Positions 62,535-64,000 of a DNA stretch of 64,000 bases are shown in pieces. How positions within the stretch are numbered: position 1 is the first letter of the stretch; the number at the start of each line of letters is the position of its first letter. The notes below the pieces were generated by a model. It did not search any database. It was not told the origin of the DNA and saw only the letters and a program-made list of their open reading frames with translations. Source of the DNA: the human T2T-CHM13v2.0 reference genome, Homo sapiens; the NCBI RefSeq assembly GCF_009914755.1, contig NC_060925.1, one strand, 5' to 3'. Both the position numbers and the translations under genes were made by a program.

Positions 62535-62748
62535 ATAGAATTAATAAGACATGCTGCTCTTTGATTGTACAACACGGTTACTATAGTCCATAATAACTTA
62601 ATTGTACATTTTAAAATAACTGAAAGAGTATAATTAGATTGTTTGTAACACAAAGGATAAGTACGTGAAGAGATGAATGCCCCATTTTCCATGATGTGAT
62701 TCCTACTACGTACCCACAAAATTTTTTGAAAACTAAAAAGAAAGAAAC
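62535..62748 (+). mobile_element. L1MA 3' end with internal deletion
   Basis: aataagac..actatagtc..ttgtacattttaaaataact..gtaacacaaaggataa..tactacgtacccacaaaa plus A-rich tail. Confidence 0.9.
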
Positions 62749-63618
62749 TGAACATGATTCTGCTGGAATCCAAATGTCATCCACTGGATTCATAAAACAC
62801 CACCACACATCTCTACATAGAAAAACAAGGACAAGGCCAAGAGTTGGAAATTCAGGAACTCTACCCACCCCATCCCCTTCCCTTTGGGTTCAGTGTAGGC
62901 ACATCCTGTCTCTCAAGGGCCATAATGAAAGTGTTGTCTCTGGCCATGACCTTCTATTATTTTTAAGTAGCTGTGGCTGAACAAAAGACAAATAAAAACT
63001 TTCTCTGCTTGACATTAAAAAAATTACTGGCATGTCATATGGTAATTCATTAAAGAATTCTCATTCATCAAAACAATTCATTTTTGTTGGAAGAGGCTGA
63101 ATAAGCAGTTTCTTGCTGATTTCACTGTGAGCCTCTCTGGCCACATGAGTCTCTGGTTCATATGCACTAATTTTATTCTCAAATATTAAGAGTTCTGGGG
63201 GGGCATATGTGGAATATTTTAAATCAAATGGTGCTATTTTACTTAGACACCTCCATATAAGCTCATTTCCCTCTTTATGTTTTTTCTTTTAAATTCTAAC
63301 ACCTAGAATTTGCATTCAGTCACTTTTTTAAAGATGGGAAAATACACACCAAATGGATTGATTTGAATCTGCTATTGAACTGTGTATAGGAAAATGGTCT
63401 CAGGGTAATTTTAAAACTTTTTTTTTATAATATCCTAACGTAGGGGGAATTATTCCAGAGTTTCCTGGATTTCTGAGCATAATTAACCCTTTGTAAATAT
63501 GTGCTTTTCAAAGTCCTTCATGATAAAGAAAACCCAGTTCATTTTTTTATGGTAGTTTTGTTTCCACACCACAGAAAGATAGTTTTTGGATTTCCCCAAA
63601 ATTTTTTTCTCAGAGATC

Positions 63619-63990
<372 letters not shown>

Positions 63991-64000
63991 TAAAAGACTC

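Overview
Primate (human-like) nuclear DNA, repeat-rich, with no recognisable intact protein-coding gene, RNA gene or prokaryotic-type system. It holds about 32 Alu copies (AluJ, AluS, AluY; 24 on the minus strand), old L1/HAL1, L2, MIR and CR1/L3 fragments, and MaLR/ERV solo LTRs (MLT1, MST, THE1, MER21). DNA-transposon fossils (Charlie1, MER2, MER5, MER20), a 20-copy G-rich ~60-bp VNTR (45068-46274), a 3-copy 67-bp repeat and a long (CTTT)n tract are also present. All long ORFs in the track are repeat artefacts. The most interesting non-repeat signal is a candidate decayed two-exon gene on the minus strand. It has a TATA box (31800), a short first exon with strong GTAAG donors (31717 and 31549) and a textbook branch point and acceptor (25891). 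The terminal exon carries a degenerate 9-nt periodic array that reads as a Cys-X-X-rich 90-codon frame broken by one TGA, followed by an ATTAAA signal (25447). Repeat family and subfamily names come from remembered consensus sequences, not a database search, and boundaries of old repeats are approximate.
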